A stretch of DNA of 64,000 bases. Source: Candidatus Thorarchaeota archaeon (GTDB taxonomy: Archaea > Asgardarchaeota > Thorarchaeia > Thorarchaeales > Thorarchaeaceae). Below the pieces are notes generated by a model, which was given only the letters and a program-made list of their open reading frames with translations, did not search any database and was not told the DNA's origin. Both the position numbers and the translations under genes were made by a program. Below, piece by piece: positions 36,422 through 47,716 of this stretch. Position 1 is the stretch's first letter. Each line of letters starts with the position of its first letter. The stretch covers positions 1 through 64,000 of the forward strand of contig JAGSHN010000017.1 in NCBI GenBank assembly GCA_029855935.1, read 5' to 3'.

Positions 36422-39031
36422 ATGGTCAAGAAACTAACGCCGATGCAGAGGCAGTATCTTGAGCTCAAGCGCCAGTATCCTGACAGCATACTGATGTTCA
36501 GGCTTGGGGACTTCTATGAGATGTTCAATGAGGATGCCAAGATAGCAAGCAAGATACTGAACATTGTGCTGACCGCCCGTGGGGAGGGCGTGGAGAGATG
36601 GCCGATGTGCGGCGTCCCCTATCACTCAGTCGACACATATGTTGCAAAGCTGATACGTGCGGGCTACACTGTAGCCATTGCGGACCAGGTCGAGGACGCC
36701 TCCCAGGCAAGGGGGCTGGTCAGAAGAGAGATCGTCCGGCTGGTCACACCGGGGACCGTGCTGGAGTCGTCGATGCTTGAGGACTCTACCAACAACTATC
36801 TCGTTGCCATAGTCGCGCACGAGAGACGGGTTGGTGTGGCCGCAGTCGACGTGTCCACTGGTGAGTTCATTGCCACGGAGTTCGAGGGCGACCTTGAGGG
36901 AGAGAGGCTCTTCAACGAACTCAGCAGGTTGAGCCCAGCCGAGGTGCTTGTCCCAAGCAGCGAGACCAAACGGGCGCCTCTGATCAAGTTTCTTGAGGAG
37001 ATAGGAGCCCGTGTAACAGCTAGGAACGACTACGAGTTCTCCGCCCGTTCGGCCGAACAGAGGCTCAAGGACCACTTTGGCGTGGCCACACTGGACGGGT
37101 TCGGTGTGAGCGACTGGCCAGCAGCACTGGGCGCAGCGGGAGCCATCCTCGCATACGTGCAGGAGGTCCACAAGACAGGCCCGGTCACACTGAGCGGCCT
37201 GCGGACCTATTCGATTGAGCGTCATATAGTTCTAGATGCCACGACACAGCGCAATCTTGAGCTCCTCAGAAATGCGAGGGACGGTAGCACAAGGGGTACC
37301 CTGCTGAGCGTGTTGAACAGAACTGTCACGCCAATGGGCAAGAGACTGCTCAAGCGGTGGATTCTACAACCACTGTTGGACATTGACGAGATCAACAAGC
37401 GGCTGGACGCGGTCGAGGACCTTGCGAGGTCGGCTGTTCTAAGACGCAACGTGATGGACACACTCCGACCTCTGGGGGACCTTGAACGTGTCACGAGCAG
37501 GATACTCTTTGGCACGACAAATGCCAGAGAGCTTGCAGCCCTCCGAGATGCCCTCAAGCGTCTTCCTCCGATACGCGATGCTCTAGCTGGCTGCAAATCG
37601 GGCTTGCTGCGCGAGGCCGCAGAGACGATAGACCCTCTTGAGAAACTATACGACACCTTGAAGCGAGCCGTTGTGGATGACCCCCCCGCCACCGTCCGAG
37701 AGGGTGGGATGATCAGGGAGGGCTTCTCCCAAGAGCTAGATGAGCTGAAGAAGACAATAGCTGATGACAAGAAGTGGATAGCGTCGCTTCAGGCAAGAGA
37801 ACGGGCCCGAACCGGTATCAAGTCGCTCAAGGTCGGCTACAACAAGGTCTTCGGATACTACATCGAGGTGACGAAGGCCAACCTGCATATGGTCCCGGAC
37901 GACTACGAACGCAAGCAGACGCTCGCAAATGTGGAGAGATTCATCACTCCAGAGCTCAAGAGACGAGAGGAGGCTGTTCTGGCGGGAGAGGAGCGTATCA
38001 ACAGGCTTGAGTACGAGATCTTCGAGCAGCTGCGCTCAAGGGTCAGAGAGAATGCACAGGCACTTCGAAACGATGCTGCTGCAGTGGCCCTCGTCGATGT
38101 CATCGCCTCTCTGGCAGACGTTGCCGTTTCGCGCAAGTACGTCCGCCCGAACGTTACGGAGGGCACTGCAATCCGCATCGTCGATGGCCGTCATCCGGCG
38201 CTTGAGATGATACTCGGCCCCAATGAGTTCGTTCCAAACAGCCTGGAGATAGGCGACGGCGGCATCACTCTCCTGATAGTGACTGGCCCGAACATGGCAG
38301 GAAAGAGCACCTACATGCGTCAAGCGGCTCTCATCGTCATCATGGCTCAGATGGGGTCATTCGTCCCAGCCAAGTCAGCCGAGATAGGTCTGGTGGACCG
38401 TATCTTCACGAGAGTCGGCGCATTTGATGATCTGACGGCAAGGCAGAGCACGTTCATGGTCGAGATGATCGAGACGGCCAACATCCTCAACAGTGCCACA
38501 AGGCGGAGCCTTGTCATCCTTGATGAGATAGGGAGGGGGACGTCGACATTCGATGGGATGGCGTTGGCCTGGGCCGTTGCTGAGCGGATCGTACAGATGA
38601 AGACGAGGACGCTGTTCGCAACACACTTCCATCAGCTGACCGAGATGGCCCGACTGTATCACGGCGTGAAGAATGTCCACACTCTCGCAAGAGAAACTGG
38701 CAACACCATCGTCTTCCTGCACAAGGTCGTCGAGGGAGGAACTGACAAGAGCTACGGCATCCACGTCGCAGCCCTCGCTGGTGTCCCGGAGCCAGTGGTG
38801 CAGAGAGCTCGCGAGATACTGTCGCGTATCGAGAGGGAGAATGTTGTCGATCTGGGCTCCGCTGCAGGTTCCGACGGGCAGGAGCTGCAGCAGACGACCC
38901 TAGAGGCGCTGGTCATAGATGACCCCATAGTAGAACGGATCCGCCACTTGGACCTCGACAGGACCACGCCGATTGACGCGCTGCTAACACTGAAGGAGCT
39001 ACAAGACGAGATACGCTCTCGCGAGAAATGA
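36422..39031 (+). CDS. mutS: DNA mismatch repair protein MutS (MutS1)
   Basis: TPMQRQY, FRLGDFYEMF, TGPNMAGKSTYMRQ, STFMVEM, DEIGRGTST, SYGIHVA. Confidence 0.97.
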   Translation: MVKKLTPMQRQYLELKRQYPDSILMFRLGDFYEMFNEDAKIASKILNIVLTARGEGVERWPMCGVPYHSVDTYVAKLIRAGYTVAIADQVEDASQARGLVRREIVRLVTPGTVLESSMLEDSTNNYLVAIVAHERRVGVAAVDVSTGEFIATEFEGDLEGERLFNELSRLSPAEVLVPSSETKRAPLIKFLEEIGARVTARNDYEFSARSAEQRLKDHFGVATLDGFGVSDWPAALGAAGAILAYVQEVHKTGPVTLSGLRTYSIERHIVLDATTQRNLELLRNARDGSTRGTLLSVLNRTVTPMGKRLLKRWILQPLLDIDEINKRLDAVEDLARSAVLRRNVMDTLRPLGDLERVTSRILFGTTNARELAALRDALKRLPPIRDALAGCKSGLLREAAETIDPLEKLYDTLKRAVVDDPPATVREGGMIREGFSQELDELKKTIADDKKWIASLQARERARTGIKSLKVGYNKVFGYYIEVTKANLHMVPDDYERKQTLANVERFITPELKRREEAVLAGEERINRLEYEIFEQLRSRVRENAQALRNDAAAVALVDVIASLADVAVSRKYVRPNVTEGTAIRIVDGRHPALEMILGPNEFVPNSLEIGDGGITLLIVTGPNMAGKSTYMRQAALIVIMAQMGSFVPAKSAEIGLVDRIFTRVGAFDDLTARQSTFMVEMIETANILNSATRRSLVILDEIGRGTSTFDGMALAWAVAERIVQMKTRTLFATHFHQLTEMARLYHGVKNVHTLARETGNTIVFLHKVVEGGTDKSYGIHVAALAGVPEPVVQRAREILSRIERENVVDLGSAAGSDGQELQQTTLEALVIDDPIVERIRHLDLDRTTPIDALLTLKELQDEIRSREK

Positions 39032-39164
39032 GGGGAGAAGCCGTGCATAGAGCGTCTGGTTGACGGTCCTGCCTAGTCGCGAAACTTCGACGTGACTTTT
39101 CACAACGCTTAATTGCCGGGTGGTAGAGCCGTCAATCAGGACAGCCCCATCGGAGATCCCTTCA

Positions 39165-39830
39165 GTGAAGCCAATAATCGCCCCGTCGATACTCTCTGCG
39201 GACTTTGCGAATCTGAGAGAGGATGTCCTAGCCGCTGTGAGGGGTGGCGCTGATGCCCTGCACTGTGACATAATGGACGGCAGCTTTGTGCCCAACATCT
39301 CGTTTGGGCCGATGATCGTCCGCACGGTGAACGAGATGACGGATGTGATGCTGGACGTCCATCTGATGATTGTCAACCCCGACAAGTATGTGCCGGAGTT
39401 TGTCAAGGCTGGCGCCGACCTGATCTATCCGCACGTGGAGGCACCCTATGACATCTATAGGACTGTACAGCTGATCAGGGACCACGGGATACGAGCTGGC
39501 ATCACGCTGAATCCCGGGACGCCGCTTGAGACCGTCATTCCACTACTCGACCACGTTGACACCGTGCTGATAATGAGCGTGTGTCCGGGATTTGGCGGAC
39601 AGAAGTTCATCCCATCCGCGCTACAGCGCATCAGGAGGCTGAGAAGACTGCTCGACGAGGAGAAGCCCAGCGTCACTATTGCAGTCGATGGCGGAGTGTC
39701 GCGGGACAATGTCGCAGAGCTGTACAGAGCAGGGGCGAGACACTTCATCGCGGGGTCATCGGTATTCAAGGCCGAGGACATCGAGGGTGCTGTCCGGGAG
39801 CTGAGAACGATCGTCGAGGCACTGGAGTGA
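39165..39830 (+). CDS. rpe: Ribulose-phosphate 3-epimerase
   Basis: [49 protein letters not shown]. Confidence 0.95.
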   Translation: MKPIIAPSILSADFANLREDVLAAVRGGADALHCDIMDGSFVPNISFGPMIVRTVNEMTDVMLDVHLMIVNPDKYVPEFVKAGADLIYPHVEAPYDIYRTVQLIRDHGIRAGITLNPGTPLETVIPLLDHVDTVLIMSVCPGFGGQKFIPSALQRIRRLRRLLDEEKPSVTIAVDGGVSRDNVAELYRAGARHFIAGSSVFKAEDIEGAVRELRTIVEALE

Positions 39831-39835
39831 TTGAG

Positions 39836-40495
39836 ATGAAGTTCTTCATAGACACAGCCAACGTAGAGGCAATTCGAAGGTTCCACGAGAGAGGAATGGT
39901 CGACGGAGTGACGACCAACCCCACACTCGTGGCGAGAGAGGGTCGTGACCTCAGACAGATAGTCACGGAGATTGCGTCCTTCGTCAAGGGCCCCATCAGC
40001 CTTGAGGTTGTGAGCGAGGACGCAGACAAGATGGTGAATGATGCCCAAAGGATGAGTGGCTGGATTGACAACGCAGCCATCAAGATACCGATGACTTGGG
40101 AGGGACTCAAGGCGGTGAGAAAACTCGCAGAAGAGGGCATAAAGACCAACGTGACCCTCGTGTTCAGTGCCAACCAGGCGCTTCTGGCCGCAAAGGCAGG
40201 AGCGACATTTGTCTCGCCGTTCATTGGCAGGCTGGACGATGTCGGTCACACCGGAATGCAGCTGATCGCCGATGTGGTGCAGATCTATTCCAACTACGGC
40301 TATGACACCGAGGTCATCGTGGCCAGTGTCCGCCATCCGATTCACGTGTATGAGGCCGCCCTGATTGGTGCTGATATCGCCACGATACCACCCACCGTCA
40401 TGGAGAAGATGGTCAACCATCCGCTCACGGACGTGGGCATCAAGAGATTCCTCGACGACTCGAGGAAGGTCCAAGAGACAAAGGACGGACAGTGA
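39836..40495 (+). CDS. tal: Transaldolase (TalC/FSA subfamily)
   Basis: [41 protein letters not shown]. Confidence 0.93.
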   Translation: MKFFIDTANVEAIRRFHERGMVDGVTTNPTLVAREGRDLRQIVTEIASFVKGPISLEVVSEDADKMVNDAQRMSGWIDNAAIKIPMTWEGLKAVRKLAEEGIKTNVTLVFSANQALLAAKAGATFVSPFIGRLDDVGHTGMQLIADVVQIYSNYGYDTEVIVASVRHPIHVYEAALIGADIATIPPTVMEKMVNHPLTDVGIKRFLDDSRKVQETKDGQ

Positions 40496-40541
40496 GAGGG
40501 ACTCCCTACGTCCGAGAACGTATTATTAGCGTCCGTATGGC

Positions 40542-42125
40542 ATGTCAGGAGTTGTGGTCCGAATGAGGTTGGAGCCGGACCTTGTGGTCTTCAACGGCCG
40601 GATAATCACAATGGACCCTGAGAACCCCGAGGCAACGGCGATAGCGGTCAAGAACTACAAGTTCCTCCTGGTGGGCAGTGATACCGACATCCTCGACCTC
40701 GTTCAGTCAGCACGTAGGGTCATCGACCTGGGCGGCAAGACTGTTGTGCCGGGATTCGTCGACGCCCACGCTCACGTCACCAGTACCGGCATCAGACGCG
40801 GATATGTTGACCTCAGCGATGCAAAGTCGCTGCAGGAACTCAAAGCGACCCTCAGACAGGCTGCCCAAGAGCGCCCACCGGGGGAGTGGATTCGAGGACA
40901 CAGGTGGGACGAGAGCCGATGGCCCGAGAGGAGATATCCGACGGCGAGGGACCTTGATGAGGTCTCCACCGAACATCCAATCGCCATAGAACGCGTGGAC
41001 CTTCACCTCGCCTCGATGAACACTCTCGCGATGGAGAAGCTGAAGGTGCCGCTGGACCACGAGGGTACGTTGAAGGACTCCAAGGGACAGCCCATCGGAG
41101 TATTCAGGGACATCCCCGACCTGTTTGCCAGGCTCCGCCCGGATCTTGACACAATAAAGGCAGGAGTCGTGGCGGGGAGCAAGCTCGTCAATCAGTACGG
41201 CATCACTACCTGCGTCGACAACATCAGAGCCGAGTATCTACGCGCCATTCTTGAGTGCGAGAGGGAGAAGCGACTCACTGCGAGGTTTATCGTCAACCCC
41301 CCGGGCAACCAGATGAAGCATCTTGTTGCTCTAGGCCTCACCTCAGGGCTGGGCGGACCTATGTTCAGACTGGCTGGCGTGAAGAGCTTTATGGACGGCT
41401 CGATTGGCGCCCGTACCGCCGCACTGAGCGAGCCCTATGCTGATGACCCTGGCAACATAGGTAGACTATTGATCAATGAAAAGGCGATGACGAGGTTTCT
41501 CAGAAAGGCGGTTCGGGGCGGCATCCAGACAGTCACCCACGCAATCGGCGACCGCGCGATTGAGATACTGCTAAGAGCATTCGAGTCTCTGAACGAGCGA
41601 GAACTCGCCCTCGCTCGTAGGCAACGCCATCGCATTGAACACGCTGAGATGATGAGCAGGGAGCAGATACGAAGGGCGGCAGCTCTGGGGCTCATCCTGT
41701 CAATGCAGCCAAACTTTATTGGCGAGTGGCAGACAGAGGGCGGGATGTACGAACAACGCCTCGGTCCCGAGAGAGCCAAGATGATGAACATGTTCAGGGT
41801 GGCACTGGACAACGGCGCAAGAGTCTGCTTCGGCTCTGACGGCATGCCCTTTGGCCCACTCTACGGCATCTGGTGCGCCACAACCCACAGCAATCCCAAT
41901 GTGCAGATAACCGTCGAAGAGGCCCTCCGTTGCTACACCCTTGAGGGTGCCTACGCGTCGTTCGTAGAGAACATCGTGGGCAGCATCACCGTTGGCAAGC
42001 GCGCAGACTTTGTCGTACTCTCAGAGGACATAACACGCGTGCCCCCTGAGAGGATAAGAGAGGTTCAAGTGGAGAGCACGTTCGTCGGGGGAATCGAGGA
42101 GTTCTCTAGGGCGAGGAACAGGTGA
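40542..42125 (+). CDS. Metal-dependent amidohydrolase (YtcJ-like)
   Basis: PGFVDAHAH, KSFMDGSIGARTA, HAIGDRA, HRIEHA, FGSD. Confidence 0.9.
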   Translation: MSGVVVRMRLEPDLVVFNGRIITMDPENPEATAIAVKNYKFLLVGSDTDILDLVQSARRVIDLGGKTVVPGFVDAHAHVTSTGIRRGYVDLSDAKSLQELKATLRQAAQERPPGEWIRGHRWDESRWPERRYPTARDLDEVSTEHPIAIERVDLHLASMNTLAMEKLKVPLDHEGTLKDSKGQPIGVFRDIPDLFARLRPDLDTIKAGVVAGSKLVNQYGITTCVDNIRAEYLRAILECEREKRLTARFIVNPPGNQMKHLVALGLTSGLGGPMFRLAGVKSFMDGSIGARTAALSEPYADDPGNIGRLLINEKAMTRFLRKAVRGGIQTVTHAIGDRAIEILLRAFESLNERELALARRQRHRIEHAEMMSREQIRRAAALGLILSMQPNFIGEWQTEGGMYEQRLGPERAKMMNMFRVALDNGARVCFGSDGMPFGPLYGIWCATTHSNPNVQITVEEALRCYTLEGAYASFVENIVGSITVGKRADFVVLSEDITRVPPERIREVQVESTFVGGIEEFSRARNR

Positions 42126-42290
42126 TTATGATTGCGTCTCTTCACACGGAACATAACAGATGTTGGGCCCAGGAGAGCTCGACCCGCACTCTCTGAAAAT
42201 GCCGTGATATCCCGGCACCGCACTGCTGTCTGGAAAAGACTCACATAGGACTGCTAGATAGGTGAAACATACGCAGAGAAGGAAGTTCGA

Positions 42291-44237
42291 ATGGAGGAGT
42301 ACCAATCCATAACGAGGTATTACACATTCCTCTCTGATGAGTCTCGTGACTTGGTCGAGAACATCGTGCGAGAGTCCACGAACGTCTCGGACCTGGCCAG
42401 CAGGATTACTGACTATGTCTGCAAGAACAATGTGCCCAAGGAGCTGGTGATCTTCGCCCTGCGTGTCGGATATCTAGCAAAGAGCCCTACCACATTGCGC
42501 AGACTGGCTGACCGATACGGGGACTTCCCGGAGATACGTGCTTGGGTTCTATGGGGGCGTAATGTAATGGGCCTCCATCCCAGTACGCAGGATGTCATCG
42601 ACGCAATGGACGCTGTCATTCAGAACCCGTTTGATGAGGCAATCAAGGTCGAGGCGCAAGTGCTCAAGGCAAGCATAGCTCCTAGAGAGGCTGCAGCAAG
42701 TGCCCTCGATGAGGCCTTGAACCTCTGTGAGACTAGTCCACATCTGAGACCGTTCTTGGGAGATATCATATCCCAGCGTGCCTCACTCAGGTACCAATGG
42801 GAAGAATATGAAATGGGGAGGCGTGATGCAGAGACAGCATTAGAAATGGCGGTCAAGAGCGGAGACATCATACTGCAGCTAAGCGCGCTTGTTAGCCTGG
42901 GACTCAACCTTGACGATCCACGACAAGCCGTGGCTGTGTACCTCAGAGTGGCTGACCTCGTGAACATAACAGGAGCGGAGTCTTACAAGAGTACTCTGTA
43001 CAACAACCTTGGTTTCAACTACGCCGCTCTCGGAGAGTACGACAATGCGATTCGTTCCTACGAAGCGGCAATAGAGTTCAACAGGGCAATGGGAATGAGG
43101 TCCCATACGCCTCTGATGAATCTCGCAGTTCTCTATGGGGCTGTAGGAGAACCTGAAAAGGCACTGGAGTACGCCGCGGAGGCGGTGAGGGCCATTGGTA
43201 CAGAAGACGGTAGCCATCCGGCACCTTACATTGAGATGGCCCGGGCTCTGATTCTCAATGGCCGGGTGGACGAGGCGTTCGACTATCTTGAGAGAGGCGG
43301 CCAGTACGCTATCAGGATCGACTCAAAGAAGGAGCAGGGAAGATACTACCTTGTCAGGGGGATCCTCGCTCGTGAGACCGGCAACTATTCCGAGGCTATA
43401 CGCGTCTTCAACCGCGGACTTGAGCTGGCGGAGAGCATCGGTAACCTCTATCACATCCTCCAAATCTTGTTTAACCTTGCCGAGGCCGAGCTCGCACAAT
43501 GTGCAGACAACCCCAGCGAGGAGGCAATCCTCAGGTCAGAGGGTGCGCTCTCTCGGATAGAGCAGATTGCTAGAGAGCAGGACCTCCCGGCCCTCCTGAT
43601 TCAAGTGAACCTCCTGAGGGCAGAGTTGAGCAGACTGAATGGCAACAGAGAACAGGCAAGGAGCTACCTCACTGATGCACTGGCTCTCTGCAACAGGTAC
43701 GATGTCGGTGTCCTCCGTGCAAGGGTCGAGGAGCGGCTCGGGGCTCTCGACATCAGAGAGTCCACGCCCACAATAATAGCTCGCTTCCGGTCCTTTGTCC
43801 GTCAGATTGTCGTACCCTCAGCAAGGCGGAAGAGAATCCATTTCGATGTATATGGCTGTATTGTGATGATGCGTGATACAGGACTTGAAGTGTTCTCAAG
43901 CTACGTCGACTCACGCCTGACCAGCAACCCGACGCTGGTCGCTGGTCTGATCACGGCAGTCTCAGCCTTTGCGCAAGAGCTCAGGCAGGACACAAGTGGC
44001 TCGCTGCAGTCCATCGTCCACGAAGACATCGCCGTGCTTCTCGAACACGGAGACTATGTCACGTGTGCGCTGCTGTGCAGTAGGGATGCCTCAGAGGCCA
44101 GAGTCCTCGAGCGCATCTTTCTGAAGAGATTCGAGAGGACCCACGCGGAGCGTCTGCGCACCTACGCAGACGGCGGCGTGAGCCCAATCGATGCAGGCAA
44201 GATGTTCGATGAGATTGTCGTGCAACGTGCAGGGTAG
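42291..44237 (+). CDS. TPR-repeat protein with C-terminal longin-like domain
   Basis: TPRs (YNNLGFNYAALGEYDNAIRSYEAAI); C-terminal TGLEVFS...LVAGLITAVSAFAQEL...LQSIVHEDIAVLLEHGDYVTCALL. Confidence 0.8.
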   Translation: MEEYQSITRYYTFLSDESRDLVENIVRESTNVSDLASRITDYVCKNNVPKELVIFALRVGYLAKSPTTLRRLADRYGDFPEIRAWVLWGRNVMGLHPSTQDVIDAMDAVIQNPFDEAIKVEAQVLKASIAPREAAASALDEALNLCETSPHLRPFLGDIISQRASLRYQWEEYEMGRRDAETALEMAVKSGDIILQLSALVSLGLNLDDPRQAVAVYLRVADLVNITGAESYKSTLYNNLGFNYAALGEYDNAIRSYEAAIEFNRAMGMRSHTPLMNLAVLYGAVGEPEKALEYAAEAVRAIGTEDGSHPAPYIEMARALILNGRVDEAFDYLERGGQYAIRIDSKKEQGRYYLVRGILARETGNYSEAIRVFNRGLELAESIGNLYHILQILFNLAEAELAQCADNPSEEAILRSEGALSRIEQIAREQDLPALLIQVNLLRAELSRLNGNREQARSYLTDALALCNRYDVGVLRARVEERLGALDIRESTPTIIARFRSFVRQIVVPSARRKRIHFDVYGCIVMMRDTGLEVFSSYVDSRLTSNPTLVAGLITAVSAFAQELRQDTSGSLQSIVHEDIAVLLEHGDYVTCALLCSRDASEARVLERIFLKRFERTHAERLRTYADGGVSPIDAGKMFDEIVVQRAG

Positions 44238-44406
44238 GACCGACACGTGTGCAGTGGCATCTACCCTGCAGACAGTCAGCATCCCTGTGTGCTGGCCGGC
44301 TTCACCTGATGCGGAGTGCTTCGTTGAACAGCATCTTTGAGAGCACTTTTTATGGAGGGCCGTGACTCGTGACCAGTGGTACAGACCAGAGGCCCGAGGT
44401 GAGAGA

Positions 44407-46209
44407 ATGGGTCGCGTTGTCAAACTCCCCAGAGATGTCGTGGCACTGATTGCTGCAGGCGAGGTGATTGAGAGACCCGCCTCGGTGGTCAAGGAGTTGA
44501 TAGAGAACTCGTTGGACGCAGACGCAACAACTATCGACATAGTCATAGAGAACGGGGGGTTCGACCTCATCTCGGTCTCTGACGACGGTCACGGAATCCT
44601 GCGCGAGGACTGCCCGACGTGCGTGAAGCGTCACTCAACATCAAAGATTCGCACGCGCGAGGACGTAGAGGCAATTCGGACCTACGGCTTCCGCGGTGAG
44701 GCGCTGGCCAGCATAGCCGCGGTGGCCACGCTGCGAATCGTCACACGGGCACGCGAGGAGGACATCGGCACAGAGCTTGTAGTCCTGAGCGGGACTGAAC
44801 AAGTGATTCGACCCGCTTCCCGGGCCGTCGGTACTACCGTCGAGGTCACGGGGCTGTTCGAACGGGTCCCTGCAAGAAGACACAGCCTGATGGGCCCAGT
44901 CGCGGAGGCGGGTAGAGTGACAGATCTCGTCCGGCGATACGCCGCCGCACGGCCTGACGTTGGTCTTAGGCTCACACGTGACGGCGAAACCCTGATGGAC
45001 TGTCCAGCGGGTCAGAAACTGAGCGAGCGCATCGTATATCTATGGGGCCACACGACAGCTGCTGCTCTTGCGCCTGTCAATCATTCGGTTGACAATATCC
45101 GGGTGACTGGCTATGTTGTCAGGCCGCCACTCTCACGTGGTAACCGGTCCCGCGAGTACGTCTCTGTCCGGGGCAGACCGATAGAGGATCTCCGGCTGAG
45201 CCGTGCCGCAGAGGCGGCATATGCCACGCTCCTGATGAGGGGGAGGTACCCGGCCTTTGTGATCGACATTCAACTACCTCCGGAGGACGTCGATGTTAAT
45301 GTACATCCGTCAAAGAGAGAGGTCCTATTCGCTAACGTTGGTAGGGTCGTCGAGGCTGTGCATCACGCCATCAGACGAGCGCTGGCCGAGGAACCAGATG
45401 CCGGCCATAAGGAGGACCTGAGCGGGTATGTCACCTCGGCCCCGCCTGAGGTGCAGCATGACACTCCGATGGCAATATCGGCAGGAGAGGCAGAGGCTGA
45501 ACCTGAGAGATCTGATACAGGACGAACAGGTCGGCTCGCCGATACCAGGACCTTTCCGACGACCATCGTGTCAGAGAGCTTGGAGGACCCCGAACAGCAC
45601 GGCCCGGAGGTGATTGACGGGCTCTTTGAGGGCGGTCTGAGAATCGTCGGACAGATACATGGTCTGTACATCCTGCTTGAAGCCTCTGACGGACTCGTGA
45701 TAGTCGACCAGCACGCCGCCCACGAGCGAGTCGTCTACGAGAGGCTGAGGCGAGAGGTGAACGAGGGCAACGTTGCCGTTCAGGAGCTCCTTGAGCCTGT
45801 TGTCCTGCAGCTGAGCCCCGATGAGATAGAACAGATACAGTCCGTGTCGGATGTCCTGCACCAACTCGGTTTCGATGTAGAGAGATTCGGGGAACGCGAG
45901 GTCATTGTGAGAACGCTTCCAGAGATCCTCGGAAAACATGCCTCTGAGACTGACCTCGTATCGCTCGTTGATGAGATTCTTGAGGTCGGAAAGTCCACGC
46001 CCGTAGAGCACTTTATGGACGAGGTTGTCAAAGTGACGGCGTGCCACAGCGCAATTAGAGCAGGGAGAACGCTCAATCACAATGAGATTGCAAGGTTGCT
46101 TGAGGAGATGGCGAAGACACCAGACTGGGACCTCTGTCCGCACGGACGACCGACCGTCATACGTGTGACAGGCAGCGAACTCGAACGACGCTTTGGCCGT
46201 ACTGGCTAA
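44407..46209 (+). CDS. mutL: DNA mismatch repair endonuclease MutL
   Basis: IAAGEVIERPASVVKELIENSLDA, GFRGEALASI, DVNVHP, DQHAAHERVVYE, ACH, CPHGRP. Confidence 0.96.
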   Translation: MGRVVKLPRDVVALIAAGEVIERPASVVKELIENSLDADATTIDIVIENGGFDLISVSDDGHGILREDCPTCVKRHSTSKIRTREDVEAIRTYGFRGEALASIAAVATLRIVTRAREEDIGTELVVLSGTEQVIRPASRAVGTTVEVTGLFERVPARRHSLMGPVAEAGRVTDLVRRYAAARPDVGLRLTRDGETLMDCPAGQKLSERIVYLWGHTTAAALAPVNHSVDNIRVTGYVVRPPLSRGNRSREYVSVRGRPIEDLRLSRAAEAAYATLLMRGRYPAFVIDIQLPPEDVDVNVHPSKREVLFANVGRVVEAVHHAIRRALAEEPDAGHKEDLSGYVTSAPPEVQHDTPMAISAGEAEAEPERSDTGRTGRLADTRTFPTTIVSESLEDPEQHGPEVIDGLFEGGLRIVGQIHGLYILLEASDGLVIVDQHAAHERVVYERLRREVNEGNVAVQELLEPVVLQLSPDEIEQIQSVSDVLHQLGFDVERFGEREVIVRTLPEILGKHASETDLVSLVDEILEVGKSTPVEHFMDEVVKVTACHSAIRAGRTLNHNEIARLLEEMAKTPDWDLCPHGRPTVIRVTGSELERRFGRTG

Positions 46210-46637
46210 CCCACATGGCAATCAGGAATCAGTATGTCACAATCGACTACCGCAGCGGAGTCCGTGGGGGCCTAGGCGGAGCTGCAATCTATGTCGCAGA
46301 CTGCTTGTTGTAGAACGAATACTTTGTGAGGTTCACTGCAATAGATGCGCTTCACGCCCTGACAGCCCTGACACAGGTAGGATCCCGAGGTAAATTCGGA
46401 AGCATTGTGCGTGCAACACTGGTATCTGCGCCGATTGAAAAGACTTCTATGGTCCCCTTCTCCATTCGGAGATGGTGCAAAGATGAAAATATGATTGCTG
46501 GTCAAGTTCTGTCCTTCGCACAAGACTTGGTACTCATGTGCAGAACCCTTTTTCCCAAGTCCCTCGCAATCCCTGTGCGAAGTAGTCCATTGGAAGGTCT
46601 TCTTTGATTGCCTTCTACGAACGTGAGGATGCCAGGG

Positions 46638-46841
46638 TCATCTCTTTCCTTGGAATCGAAGTTTCTTCACAATCCACGCCTCGGCTGACTTCTTGGCCTC
46701 AGCAGTATTCCGTCCGTGGGTACTGTAGGAACGAGGTTTCTTGTGGCATTCAATCTTGCGGGCTTGGATGTAGATAGTTTCGCCTCGAATCATGTCGCCG
46801 TGGCCCAGACCTATGAATCGATCTTTGTCACTCTGGCCCAT
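46638..46841 (-). CDS. Small basic hypothetical protein
   Basis: MGQSDKDRFIGL...; overlaps the stop of the upstream wHTH gene. Confidence 0.35.
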   Translation of the reverse strand: MGQSDKDRFIGLGHGDMIRGETIYIQARKIECHKKPRSYSTHGRNTAEAKKSAEAWIVKKLRFQGKR

Positions 46842-47352
46842 CGGCGCGAAGAACCCCCTCACTCACTAGTGTCCTTGTAATACGCATAACTTGGGCGAAG
46901 TCCAATCGTAGGTCTCGGGAAATATCCTGTGGCCATGCCTCCTGATGTTCCCGCATATACTCAATAATCATCTCTCGGGCTTGTTCGTCTTCGACGTCGA
47001 GCATATCCTCGGTGTCTTGGTCTTCGTGTCCTGTATGGCCCGTGTTGGTCAGTATCGTCAGTTGCTCTGCAATCTTCTTGACAATCTCAGTTTGTTCAGC
47101 CATCATCTTCTCGATGCGCTCCATCCTTTCTAGTATGCCTCGGTAAAGCGCACTGTTCTGCTCCATCTTCTGATGAGCCATTGCCATATCTGCCCGAATC
47201 ACCACAATCGGTCTACCAGGCCCGTACTCAGGTGCAAGTTCGTGGTCTGAGTCGTCGCTTGGCGTCCATACTCTCATTCCGGCCCACTCGTCTGTAGAAC
47301 CATAAGTCTCAATGCTGTCGATATCCTCTTCACTCAGTGGATTCTGAAACAT
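46828..47352 (-). CDS. Coiled-coil plus C-terminal winged-HTH protein
   Basis: ILERMERIEKMMAEQ coil; AREMIIEYMREHQEAWPQDISRDLRLDFAQVMRITRTLVSEGVL. Confidence 0.65.
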   Translation of the reverse strand: MFQNPLSEEDIDSIETYGSTDEWAGMRVWTPSDDSDHELAPEYGPGRPIVVIRADMAMAHQKMEQNSALYRGILERMERIEKMMAEQTEIVKKIAEQLTILTNTGHTGHEDQDTEDMLDVEDEQAREMIIEYMREHQEAWPQDISRDLRLDFAQVMRITRTLVSEGVLRADGPE

Positions 47353-47716
47353 CATCAGTCACCTCATTCCGTTGTTTTTGTTCCTGCTCTTCAATTTCCC
47401 TTGCTACCTGACCAAGTATCCGTGCAATTCTCCGTACAGCTCCAAACGGCAATATGATGGTTGTATGAATCGTCCTCTTGATCCGTGGGGGCCCCTCGAA
47501 CGCAGTCTTTGAAACTCTCGGTTGAAGGCCAGTGCCGGCTGCAACAATCTCCTCCTCTTTGACTTGTTCTACAGGGACATCGTTGTAGAATGCAATCTTC
47601 AGGTGATGCGGCCATTGGATGTACGTCCTTACACCATTGGCATAGACCTCTCTATGATCCTCAGTTTGCTCATAGTCGATTATGGCGACTATTTTCTCGG
47701 CCTTCTCCTTCTCCAT
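47330..47716 (-). CDS. DUF3467-like protein
   Basis: EVYANGV...LKIAF...IILPFGAVRRIARILGQVAREIE pattern. Confidence 0.55.
   Translation of the reverse strand: MEKEKAEKIVAIIDYEQTEDHREVYANGVRTYIQWPHHLKIAFYNDVPVEQVKEEEIVAAGTGLQPRVSKTAFEGPPRIKRTIHTTIILPFGAVRRIARILGQVAREIEEQEQKQRNEVTDDVSESTE

Noticed and set aside
39455-40474. Long antisense ORF of 339 aa (likewise 8939-9874, 52345-53202, 58433-59302)
   Set aside because: They lie opposite well-supported genes and have no motifs; expected in GC-rich coding DNA.
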